A stretch of 64,000 bases of DNA from Lophium mytilinum (Eukaryota): positions 356,816 through 420,815 of the forward strand of contig MU004191.1 in the NCBI GenBank assembly GCA_010093605.1. Direction: 5' to 3'. The notes beneath the pieces are model-generated. The model saw nothing but the letters and a program-made list of their open reading frames with translations, was not told where the DNA came from and did not search any database. This document shows positions 36,822 through 48,365 of the stretch, piece by piece. Position 1 is the stretch's first letter; every line of letters begins with the position of its first letter. Both the position numbers and the translations under genes were made by a program.

Positions 36822-39028
36822 GATGGGAAGAGATATAGAGAGAAAAGCGAGGACAAAGAAAGCGGAGATGCGACGCGAGATAAGGTGCGGCCCAATGCGG
36901 TGAAAATCCGGGGATCACTGGAACCTCATCCGCAGACACAGAACGGACACTAACGGGAGAGTGTTTGCGCGTTGTTGTCGACGTGGCCGTGGTGTTTTGG
37001 GAGAAATATGGGCATCATGAGGGGGGGGCCAGGGGCTTATTATATCCCCGGGTTCTACGAGCATGGTATGGCAGCGCCTTGGGGCCTGGATTTGAGTCAT
37101 CTCTTGTTCGTCTTGGCCGTGACTGGGCTTGCTGGAGATCGACGAAGGATGTGTGAGGATGCTTTGGAACATTGGGGGCGCGTAGACTGTCAGGCACACT
37201 GTCATGCGTCAGGCTCGGGTAGAGGCACGCAGAATAGACGGCATACTGAATCTGGTACTGTCGTACGCAAAAATAACAAGCATCCAGTAAAGTGTAAGCC
37301 TGCAATATGCACTATCACACGCTACGGGATGTCAGGATATGGACAGAATACGAGCTCCCAGCGCTCACCAATCCGCTTGCGCCATCTAACTGCATGCAGC
37401 GGACATGTCAAGTTGAAAGGCGTGCCGCGTTCGGCATCACGCAGGCTCCCCGTTTCTTGCGCATATGCGCTGCTTGGATCTCAGACGCCTCATACAGGCA
37501 CGTTGCGGCGCTTCGCAGCTCAAGGCTTTGCACTGAGCCCCACCTAATCACCTCACTGATCCCTAAGAGCAGTTTCAGCCATAGTTGTTTGTCACGCCCC
37601 GTGGCGGTGGCCGTGTACGTTAAGTATACACGCCCACAGCTCCACCATGCCACCGCGAAGTGGATTCCAATAGTTTCACGTCGCGTCGCCGCGACTTTAA
37701 CGGCATCGCGCAACTTGGCTGGTTGCCCCGTACCGTGCTGGCTCTGCGTCGAGGGAAAATTTGCGCATCAAGCTGCAAGACTCACACTTCGATGCCGCAT
37801 GCTTCGCCGAAGAATTTTCCTAGGGAAGCATCGCGGAACCAAGGCAAGCCACACGAGCTCGCGGCGGCAGGGCTAAGGGGAGATGCTTTCAAACTAGGGG
37901 ATAAGAAACAGGCGTGCGTGTTGGAATAGTCGTACCCCCTACCCGGTTTTGCTTAGGGGCGGGCTCTGTATCTCCGGTATTGTCAGACGTCGAGTACAAA
38001 CCCCAGCTCGACCATGGTTCTGGCCTGCCCAGCTGCCTGTCTCGTCGAACTGATGGTTGACGTCTAGCAGAACTGTGGTCCCCCAGCCCTCCGCATAACT
38101 CTGTTTAGTGGGCCCGATACCGGCGTTGGGCCCAGAAGTTCTACTCCGACCGATGCCTGCATTCCGACAACCAGTCCGACGATAGAGGCTTTGTCCGACG
38201 GCGAGGAAATTCAACCCCGAACCTGAAATAGCCGGCCGGCGCTGCTGTGTGACTCTTCGAAACCGGTTTCTAGAAGTTCGAGAAGACGCGTCTGACCGCC
38301 GCTGCAGGGTTTCGGGTATTACTAAAGCTGCGCATGTGTTGTTGTGTCGCGGTGAGCGTTTGTCATCCAGCAGCATGAGGGTGAAGTGCCAAGCTGGTAG
38401 TTCAGCCACAGCGCCCTTCTCGCATTCAATCCGACGACCTGCATGTCGCTATAGGGCGTGCTATCTATGGCCTCTTGTACTGCACTAATGGTTTGCAACG
38501 ACTTATCACTTTAAAGCGCGCAGATCTCTTAATCTGATTGGAAATCCAGAGATAAAGAGGTGACTCCAAATGCGGATAGTATACTTGAAAGTGGCATCAT
38601 ATTCCGATTGTATGAACTCATAGTACTTCATCTAACTCAAGACGATAATAGGTAAATCAAACCCTTCTCAGGCATTGTCGTACAGACAGCTCGCTATAAT
38701 TCAACTGCTCTTCTTCCTCTTTGACAGTCTTGCCTTGATTACATGCCCAATTCCTCCCTCTACAATCCGAGCGGAATAATCTTCATCATCTACTCTACAC
38801 GTCTTGAAAACACATTGTGCACCCCGAAGAGTCGCAAGCAAGGGTTTTCATTTTAGCCAGTTAGCAAGAGAGCTACTCTACAAATTTCAGGCCGCCGCCG
38901 TGAACGCCCCCAGAGCCAACCTTGGTACGCAAGAAACCCACTTATCAGGCTTCCATGCCTCCTGTCGATATCTCAAATTGTGTGCCTGGCGCCTTCCCGT
39001 ATTGCAGCATCTCACGGGAGCGAATTGA

Positions 39029-40699
39029 TTACCACTCAAACTCGCCGTTGGCCTTGTGGAAGAGAAACTCCCTCTTGTTGGTGGTAAGAATGCCGTCCTT
39101 GAGCGTGCACTTCCACTTGTTCTTGACCCGCTGGACCTTGTCATAGGTGCAGAGCATGTAGTCCATATTCTCGTCATTGCTGTCGTCGCCGCCGTCATTC
39201 TCATCTTCCGGATCATCGAGATCAGAATTGATAGCATCCTCGTCCCGCTCTTCTTTTTTGTCCTCGTCATCATCCTCTCCGTCCAGCTGAGCAATGCGAG
39301 GAGCCTTCGAAGGGCTAGCCTCGGACGGGGACGCCTGCTTTCTGACGCGGCGGGTTGCCTTGCGCTTCCTGCCTTTAGCGAGCTCGTCGAGGGGCACCAT
39401 GAGTCCGCTGTCCTGGTGCTGTGCCATCGCCTCCACCTGGTCGCGCATCAGACGATCAGCAGCATGTCTGCCGTTCGGACCGTCTTCTGGCTCAGCCTTC
39501 AGGCCTGCATACAGTGTGCTCCACTCTTCCAAAGCATCACCAGAGCCGTCGTTTTGCGCAGAGTACAAACCGCTCTGGCGCTGGGCGATGTGCGGAGGAC
39601 GTTGGCCCTGCTGGCCCTGGCCCGGCATCTGTTGACCAGGCATTTGCATGCGCTGTTGCTGGTGCTGCTGCGGGTGTTGTTGTTGATGCTGTTGCTGACC
39701 GGGCTGGGGCATGTTGCCGCCGGGTTGGCCTTGCTGGCCCATTGACAGGTTGCTGCTCTGGACTCCATATCTCTGCTCTAGGATGTGGTCCCTCCGTTGA
39801 TGGGCAGTGAGCTGAGGGTTCGGATAGCCCCCGGATCCCGCGAAGCCATTCGGCTGCTGCTGGAAGGTCGCGGACACCGGGCTATCGTATCCTGACTCGG
39901 TCTTGATGCGTGTGCCGCCGTAGCCAGTCTGAACTGGCTGAGTAGGCATGGACGGGATCTGCGGCGAGTCCAACGGCTCCTGCTTGGGTGCATTGGAGGG
40001 CACAGTTGGCGTATTGCGGTCCTGCACGACGGTGGCGGGGCTCCACGGGAACTGTGCGATGCCGAGATTGGTGAGCTTAGTCTGCCAGACCTATAAATAT
40101 CATTAGCATCTATTGCCGTGTCTGCATGAGTAAATAAACGAAGAAGCTGAGACGAGAACAGGGCATAAAGTCATGTGATGGCTAGGCCGAAGGGAGGAAG
40201 GCGGGAAAAGCGCGGCGGGGGCCTGGTGAGCAGGGCTATAAAAAGGCTCCCCATATACGACGGCTGCCCCGAGACCGACGCTCGCAGCTGCGACCGGCAA
40301 ACTCAGCCCGCCCCGCTTTTGCCGCCGCACCACCCAGGCTGCCATGAGAGCACTGCGACGACGAACGACGCCTTATAAGCCCCGGAAGCGATGCGAAAAT
40401 GAAGAGGAGCCCAGGAAATCGATGCAGGACGCCGCGCCGGGCCAGTGAATGAAGGAACAAAGGGTGCAAAGCGACGCGCAAGGGACGGCTTGTTACGCAC
40501 CTCTCTCATCTCGGTCAGCGTCGCCTGGTCGACGCCAAACTCCTCGAAGTCATTCTGCGACGCCTGGATGACCTTCTCGATGATCTGCTGGTAGATGGTG
40601 CCCTGTCGCGCGCTGTCAGTCAGGTTGCGCTTTCAATGGCCGCTGCTGCCGGACAAGCAGCCGGGAGGACAGGGCACTAACCACGACAACGTTAGACAT
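39029..40699 (-). CDS. TOA1: Transcription factor IIA alpha/beta subunit
   Basis: N-terminal MSNVV/GTIYQQIIEKVIQASQNDFEEFGVDQATL, Q-rich linker, QLDG cleavage-like site, AINSDLDD, C-terminal MLCTYDKVQRVKNKWKCTLKDG...GEFEW. Introns ~40681-40604 and 40500-40091. Confidence 0.95.
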
Positions 40700-41807
40700 G
40701 GCGCCGGTTCACGAATAGAGATATCGGACGGGAAGGGAGCGGGAGGAGCGTGGCTGCAAGCATGCAGTTGTCTGCGGCTCGGTGTCGTTGGCTTTCACTC
40801 TCGGAGCTGGGTTGGCAATTGGGAGACGACGTCAGCGCGAGAGGCAGCCGCGCGACGATAGCCCTGCGTGGGGCACTCTAGCTGTCCAGCGTCACGGACT
40901 ATTTGGCCTGCGGAAGCGTTGTCTTGTATTTGGAGGACGGTCCGAAGCGCTGGCTTGGGGGTTGTCTTGGTCCAGCAGGTGGTTGCAGCAGTGAGGAAGC
41001 AGGGCCGCCGCCGGAGTCTGAAGACATGCCTCTCGCTTAGTCTAGCTACCGCGCTAGCGCCTAGCGTGCCTTGTCGCAGTGAACCTTGGACTTGCCAAAC
41101 TGCTCTAGATGTGAGCTGCGCAGAAGTGTCCTTCATGTCTTAACGGATACATGCATGTTTGTAGATGTTGGTGAAGCAGGGTGGTATGGCATGGTTGTGG
41201 CGCCACAGTGTCACAGTCCCGAGCGATCCACTGTCAACCGTGGAACTTTGGTTCTAGGGAGGACTGTGTAATTTCACGACACCTCATCATTCTATTGCAC
41301 ATACTGTTTCAGGCGTATTGAACTTTGCTCGAATTCCTTGAACGTGTTCCCAGGAACTTGAATGATATAGGAGCCTTTTTTGCACAACTTGATGCTTGGC
41401 CGGGTAATTTGAGACAACGGCCGATTGACGGTAGGTTTAACTTATCGCTCTTCACTTTGCATTCTCACAAGCACCAAAAGGGGTCAGCAGACTTTCGTAG
41501 CCGTACTTTAGATAGGATCGATACTGTTTGTCATTTTCAGAACCATCGCCATCGGAAGCGGCCTTCATTAACGCGAAGAAGTATCACGCTGGCTCCCTTG
41601 CAGAAACCCGAGGCACTGATTTCACCCAAAACTATCCCACCAGAAAGGCACCAAACACCACGCAGATCCGAGGTTGAGACGAGTGTACCATCCCACCAAG
41701 TAATGACTGATGTAACTCCGAAGACCATTGGTCGCAAAACAAGCCGCTAACACCACGCTGAAACCCGTGAGTCCATTATTTTTCGCACCACGCAAGACCT
41801 TTGGAAT

Positions 41808-44022
41808 CTAGAAAGCCTGAATAAGCGCTGACTTGAAGGCCATGTCGACATCTTTGCGACGGTAACCGGGCGTACGGCCAAGACACACGGCCCTCTTAAC
41901 GACCTCTGTTCGGATAGTTAGCAACAGGCCTGAGAAGGAAGAGCAAAGGGCCAGCATACCCTCAATGAGCTTCGAAACATCGACGAGAACTGCCTTCTTC
42001 ACTTTCCGCTTCACAGGCTCCACCCCGATCATGTCCAAGCCTAAGCTCATGCTGGTGTTGTCCATGTCGAAGCCGCCACCAAGATCAAGGCCCAACGGCT
42101 CGAACATACCACTCGTGTCCAATCCCGCAATCCTGCCAAAGTTGGAGAAGTCTCCAACCCCCATATCGAGTCCATACGGGGTGTCGGTCTGAGCAAGTAA
42201 TTGGTCCAAGGTCGACATCCCAGGCGTCCGCGGTGGAGAGTGGTCGGTAGCACTGTCTCCGCTCGAGCTACTGTGCGACTGGCTCTCAGCATCAAATGGC
42301 CTGAAATTGTCCCCTACAGGATCCATGCTGAGCGGAATATCCGTGCCGTAGATCATAGCGGGCATATCGGGGTGAAGCCCCTCCTCAACATCAACGTACG
42401 CTTCGGCGAACGACGCTTGCGGGTCGATACGCACGCCCAGCTCTTCGAGATAGCCCTCTACGTCGTGTGCATCAAACCACTCGCCTTCGAAGCCACGAAG
42501 ATCGACGTCGATGACTTGGTTGAGAGTGCTGTCCACGGAATTCTCTAGGACGAGCTTTTTCATAGGGCCAATGCTCCGTACATTCCACGAGTTTGGCGGG
42601 GGTGAAGTACTGCCATTTGCGTCTCTACGGGGATAGTGAGTCCCAGCTCCGCCCAGGTGGATGAAAGGTGTTTGCCAGCAATCTAGAGTATCGGAGTTGG
42701 ATTTGGTGAGAATGGCGCGGAACCGGGCAAGCATTTGATCGCGCGTTATGTATGGTAGCGATAGCTTGAATACATGATTGACTGCTGCGGGGTGCAGGGA
42801 TGATGTGCTCAAGAGATGGAAGCCCCGTTCTACTGTAGCCCGTGTCAACCGCCGGGCGAAGGTTGTTTCTTGGAAACTATATGTGTACGGCGCTCGCAGG
42901 CTCAGTGTCTTGGTGAGATTTGGTCCATCTGGGGAGTCGAACCGCGCGGGTAATGGCAGCTTGTCTGAGATGGGTGGTAAGATATTAGGGGGGGTAGGTA
43001 CCCTGGCGAGAAATGTTTGTGGTTGAATGGAATTTGGAGAGACGTTTTGCATGAGTGTGTCGATCAGTGAGAACGAATTATTATTCGAGCTTCCATTAAG
43101 GATGGGGGTCGAGTAGTTGCCGGTTCTCGAAGTTACGAAAGGGCTGTTCTCTTTGCTCAACTCATAGGGAGAATTGATCATGGCTGGGAAGAAGGTGCGC
43201 GCAGAAAGGTTATTGTTATGATCTGGCTCTGGCGATGAGGAATCTGAGACCGGCTGGGCAACATATCCCCAGCCGACTTCTGTATGCTCTGGAACAGGAG
43301 GCGCAGTAGGCCTTTGTGTCGAGGAGCTCGCACGGGCAGCTCTCGCGATTTCAGTCGCTTTGTGTAGCTCTGCGGCCGGATCAAACTCGAGCTCTCCAGT
43401 TTCCTCATCGTAATTGCCTCCATCAGCAGCAGCAGCCCGCGCAATCTTGATAAAGGTTTCCATAGTCGACTTCAGGTCCCTTCCCAGTTCTGGGCGGAGG
43501 CTGAGAACGCCGGAACTGATAGCAGAATCGTTGAATTGGACAAACGATCGGTTCATTTCCTCGACCGCATTTTGGAGTTCAGTGACCTGTCTCTTTAAAG
43601 ATGAGATGGTCGTCTCTTTTCTTTGGCGGTATGCTCGCTGTGCTAGTCGGATTTGTGTACGACGACGCTGGGGGCAGTCAGCTTCTGGTCAGTAAAATAT
43701 TGAAGTGTTTCAGATGAGGTCATGCAACCAGCGGTAAATGACTACGAGTAGGGAATCCTTCGCTGCGAGTCTTAGATTTTAACGTTTGGCACTTCAGATA
43801 AACCCCGTGGTGAACCTTGCTACGGAGGGTTTCTAGTGGATCCTAAAGAGGCATTTGGATAGACTGTAATATGTTGTTACTCACGTCTGCAGCGGTTTCG
43901 TCTTGAGTGTCCACTCGCGGCCGACCGCGAGATTTCTTCGCAGCCGCATCTTCACTGCCAGGGCTCGTCCGCGAACGCTTTCTTGTTGTCGCAGACCGCT
44001 CTTCGCTTTCAGAGGAAGTCAT
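41808..44022 (-). CDS. Fungal bZIP (YAP-like basic region) transcription factor
   Basis: KKSRGRPRVDTQDETAAD|RRRTQIRLAQRAYRQRKETTISSLKRQVTELQNAVEEM; conserved-looking YSFQETTFARRL and CLGRTPGYR. Introns 43884-43668 and 41959-41906. Confidence 0.85.
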
Positions 44023-45090
44023 CGCTCTTTGACGTATCCCGTGACCGAATATGAAGTTGAGTAATGGGGAAAACCAGCGAGATCTCAGCGGTACGCAGAA
44101 GAATATCAAAGAACGGTAATCTCAAGAGGCAACGGATATGTGGGGGGGATGCGAGCGTCTTGATGCGTAGGGCGTGCGGAGCGGTCTGGTCTGGTGGCTC
44201 GCGGGCTGTCAAATGTAAGAATGCGATGCCTCCCCGCGTCGCCCGACAAATTGGAATTGATCCCTGAATATCCAGGCTTGGTAAGCTGGCGGCACACGCA
44301 GGGCTGAGTCACTAGGCCAAGCTTGTGTATGAATGCCTAAAGCAGGTCGTAGTCGTTGGCCTCAAGATGCCTCTCTGCACCTAACATCACTGTTAGAGCC
44401 ACCGGAAGCTTGAAACGTGGACAGTGCGGGTCAAAATGTACTTGTAGATGGTCGTAGACGCTCAGTCACGCATGGAGCAGAAGCCGGAGATTGTGCTATC
44501 GGCCATCTCTCAGCGGGCGAGGAGGAGGTCGTGAGTTTTGATGATTACTGAACCCTCGGTTCATGCGTTTACGGGCGCTTTGTACCAGCCCCGCTTGGCA
44601 TCAGGCAGACTGGTTGGCTGTGCGGCCATCTACATTAGGTATGGCGCTGTGCCACTTGCCGCTGTTGCATGGCCGTGAATAGTGACGTTCGGTGAGCTGA
44701 CCTATACCTGGGTATTTTTGTAGGGAAAGCGACTGCTGACGCGCCGTATGTTGGGCATACGGACGTAAGATAGGCATTTATATGGCAACGCTTGCGGCAA
44801 CTTGTCCCTGCACCCTGTTCTCTGCATTAACGATGCCGCAATACGGCAACGGGCATTCAGCGGAGCCCTTCGCACCAGCCTTTGAAGAGAGACAATGGTA
44901 TGTGGCGCACGCGGACTGAGAGCTGATAGGCCCCTGAACGAAGGCGCAAACATCTACTCGAGCCCCTTCAATGCTGATAGTTTTGTCATGACGCTAGACG
45001 GGCGTACGACAAGCCCTGTACAGCTTGGAAGCTAGACAATACAGCTAGATTATCTATTATCGTATCTGATCAATCATGTATACAACTATT

Positions 45091-46614
45091 CTACAGCTTG
45101 ATTGAGATTCCTCGATGATCTAACACTAGAGCCAGTCCGCAGACACCAGATATGTAGGCCACCAGTATGCCCATTGACGCCAGAGGCTTCACGTGAAGAG
45201 TCGGAACAGTCATGTTGACTAGCCCAGTCAGTAGATTGGCCAACAAGAACAGAGCGAGTCCGTTCCGATTGAACGCAGAGAGGATTCGACTCGTAGCCTC
45301 TTTGCCTTTTTGGCTTTCCAGTGGATCGTCCGCCTTTTGCAAGTTGGGGAAGCAAAGCGTCTCAACTGCGCAGAAGAGGGCGAGCTGGCCGCAATTGAAG
45401 GCCGTAACCCAGAGAAAATACGGGAGGTTCGCCAACCGGCGCGAAACGGCGAGGCCCATGCCGTAGAAGTTGGTCGAGAAGACGAATAGACATGTCCAAA
45501 GAAGTGTCCAGGCCACAAGACGAGCCAATGTGGACTTCTTCAGAATATCTCGCGTCGAGGCTCCCTTTTCAACGGGTTGCTGGCGGGGAAGAACATACAT
45601 TCCAGCAGCCTGTCCGGCTAGAAAGATTGCAAGGTATCCAAAGAAGGAGAATATTCCCTCTCTGTTTTTGGAGAGCAGATCAGTGCGCGGAGCTGTCAAA
45701 ACGAAAGCTTTCAACGTAGTGAGATCGAGAGCCGCCTCGTAAGCAAAACCTAATATGCACGAGAGTAGTGCGTACGATGGAATGAGTCTAAACAGCGAGT
45801 GGAAGATAGCGACGAAAGGAGGAAGGAACCCGAGAGTAAAGAAGAAGTTCCAGTGCACCCCGTACTCCGTAACATGTTCGGCATAGTCCAGGCCCTTGAC
45901 GCTGTAGAGGCGAATGAATCCTAGCACTAGGAGTGGTAACGAATGCCTGAGAGAGGCTACCAGTCTTTTTAGCAGCGGTGTTGACCTTTGGTTCATCTGA
46001 TCTCTCAGGATCGACCGAGCTGACACGACTCCCGAAGAAAACACAAAGGAGCCAACTCCCATATCCATGAGCGATGTACCCCAGTTTTCGACTTTTGCAA
46101 AGCGCCGCGGGAATATGTGAAAGTCCACCGCAAGTATAGCAATGCAAGTGACGACCAGCATACTGCCTCGGTAATTCGTAACGAAAGGCTTTATAGGAAA
46201 GGGTTCTGGGGCTTGTTCCGAATGTTCAAGCCGCCTCGATGGTCGCGGTTTAGCCTGCTTAGCTGTAGGTCGATATATGAGATATAACGAGGCAGCAGGA
46301 AGAATGATGAGGAGGTTCAGTAGCAAGGGCGCCGAAGAATATATGGTGGTTGCACAGAGGATAGCTGCACAGTTCAGGAGGAAGTCGATCAGGATTGCCG
46401 GTGTATTGTAAGGAGTGAATAGGCGTAACCGCGACTGGAGAACTGACCACAGCAAGACGGTAGACTAATGAGAACATGGTCAGCTAGGTCTACCAGCATT
46501 CTGGGAGACAAGCTTTACTGGAGCAACGAGAGTAACATAGTTGATTTCCCCGACGGTGCCTCCGGTCAGGCCGGAGACGAAGGCCTCCTTCATCGCCTTG
46601 TAACTGTTCGCCAT
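45091..46614 (-). CDS. GWT1: GPI inositol acyltransferase Gwt1/PIG-W
   Basis: KEAFVSGLTGG, ILAVDFHIFPRRFAKVENWGTSLMDMGVGSFVFS, EHVTEYGVHWNFFFTLG, NREGI, VSRRLANLPY, FNRNGL; one short intron near 46465-46518. Confidence 0.95.
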
Positions 46615-46868
46615 CGCGCTCAAGACTCTAAGCGAGTGCAGCTCTTACTCCAGCACTGTTTGAAGACCGACATACGTTGAGCAGTGCGCAGGTGGTGACG
46701 GAGACGAATAAAAACGTGAGGGCGGCGCGGAAAATCTACAGCTAAATATAAACGCGCAGGCACGGGCATGCGCGATCCAGACACGTCAACTACAACATAA
46801 CTTGACAGGGCACAAAGAGATCATTCACAGCAAATGTCTCCTCTTCCTCCGGGACATCCGAATACAAG

Positions 46869-48115
46869 ATGGCTTTTGACGGCATCCTCTCCCTGCTAAT
46901 ATGGCAATTCTTCATTCCCCGCGTATGTGAGCCGCTCTCAACTACTCTGCCCCCGCTGACGGTTGTCTGTAGTTCGTCGTGGGGTTTGTACAGAGCACAC
47001 TGTACTCCATCTTCATCCGCGCAGGAGACCCAAAACCTGCCGTTGGCTCCGCTAAGTTCGTCAAGCATCGAAAACAGATCCTCATGACCCTATATACGGC
47101 CTACTTCTTGTTCAGCCTCTACGAGATCACCCATGATATTGAGTCGGCTGGCAACCTCTACAAGGACCTTGGGGTACCTCTGGATGTCGACGACCGCAAG
47201 CTGCAGTCTCGGTTCAGAAGACTGTATGGCTAGTCCCTATCATTAGCATAACACAGGTGCTGACTGCCTTACAGGACTATTCAGTACCATCCGGACAAGA
47301 TCAATTCCTCCGCGGATCGTGACGCTGCGAATTCATACTACGTGCATCTTCTAGAAGCGCGCGATACCATCGTTGATAGTGTAAAGCGCTTCGCGTATGA
47401 CCGTTTTGGACCGGGTGTTTTGCAATGCGGCAAGAAATGCCTTACTACTCGCGACTATGTAGAACACTCGCTCCAAGGCACATTGCTTCAGTACGTAGCA
47501 ATCATAGTCGGCTTGGCTGGAGCTAATGCCCTGGGGTACTTCAATGAAGGGGCATATGTAAGTTGTTATTCCGTCAAGCTTGAGCAGGTCGACTAACTAC
47601 CTGGAAAATAGTGGCGATATCTTGCCGTATTAGCACTCATGACCATGGAAACCCGCATAGCACTTCGTCCAGATCATCCCCCAGCACTGGTCAAGATCTT
47701 CAACCCTCTCCTTACGACTTTCAGCCAGCATGCTCCGTACCTCCCCTTTCAGATCGTCACGCTGTTACGGAGAGGTACCTATACACTGGCAATATACCTT
47801 CAACTGCTGATTCCTCTGTACCGGATACAACCTCAACAAACAAACGCTGAAGGGGAGGAAGAGGCTATACACAAGCAGCTGGATAGACTTACCCAGCTAG
47901 CGAAGGATGCGCAGGTGGACGCATCAAGACTACTAGAGCTGGAAGTCATCCCATTTAAGGCTGACGATCGGCTCAGAGGCGATGTAAAGAACGCTCTCAA
48001 GGGATACCTAGTGAACAACATGATCCATGGCAAACCGGAAGTGCGTAACGCTATGGGGATGTCATTGGCGAAACGGCGTGCTGGGGCTCCTGCTGGGGCA
48101 AGGGGAACTAAATGA
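46869..48115 (+). CDS. Membrane-associated DnaJ (J-domain) chaperone
   Basis: Spliced product has hydrophobic segments and a J-domain LYKDLGV...LQSRFRRL|TIQYHPDK...RFAYDRFG. Introns ~46923-46972, ~47224-47274, ~47558-47611. Confidence 0.85.
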
Positions 48116-48365
48116 TTGCGAGATACCCAGACCACTTTAGAAGCAACATTCATTTAGACAGTCCTCAATACTTGCAACAGTAATAACATTCCATTTGATT
48201 TGTGAAATGTAAAGTGAAATTTAAGGTGAATAGCAGCTGCAGACTTCCCATTGGCTGGCATTCATGAGGCCCGTGCGAAGAATCGCGAACTTCTGAGATG
48301 ATCGCTAAAGTCGACGCATCTCCCTCCATGCTACACCAAGCTCACCCAGAACTACTTGCTGCACG

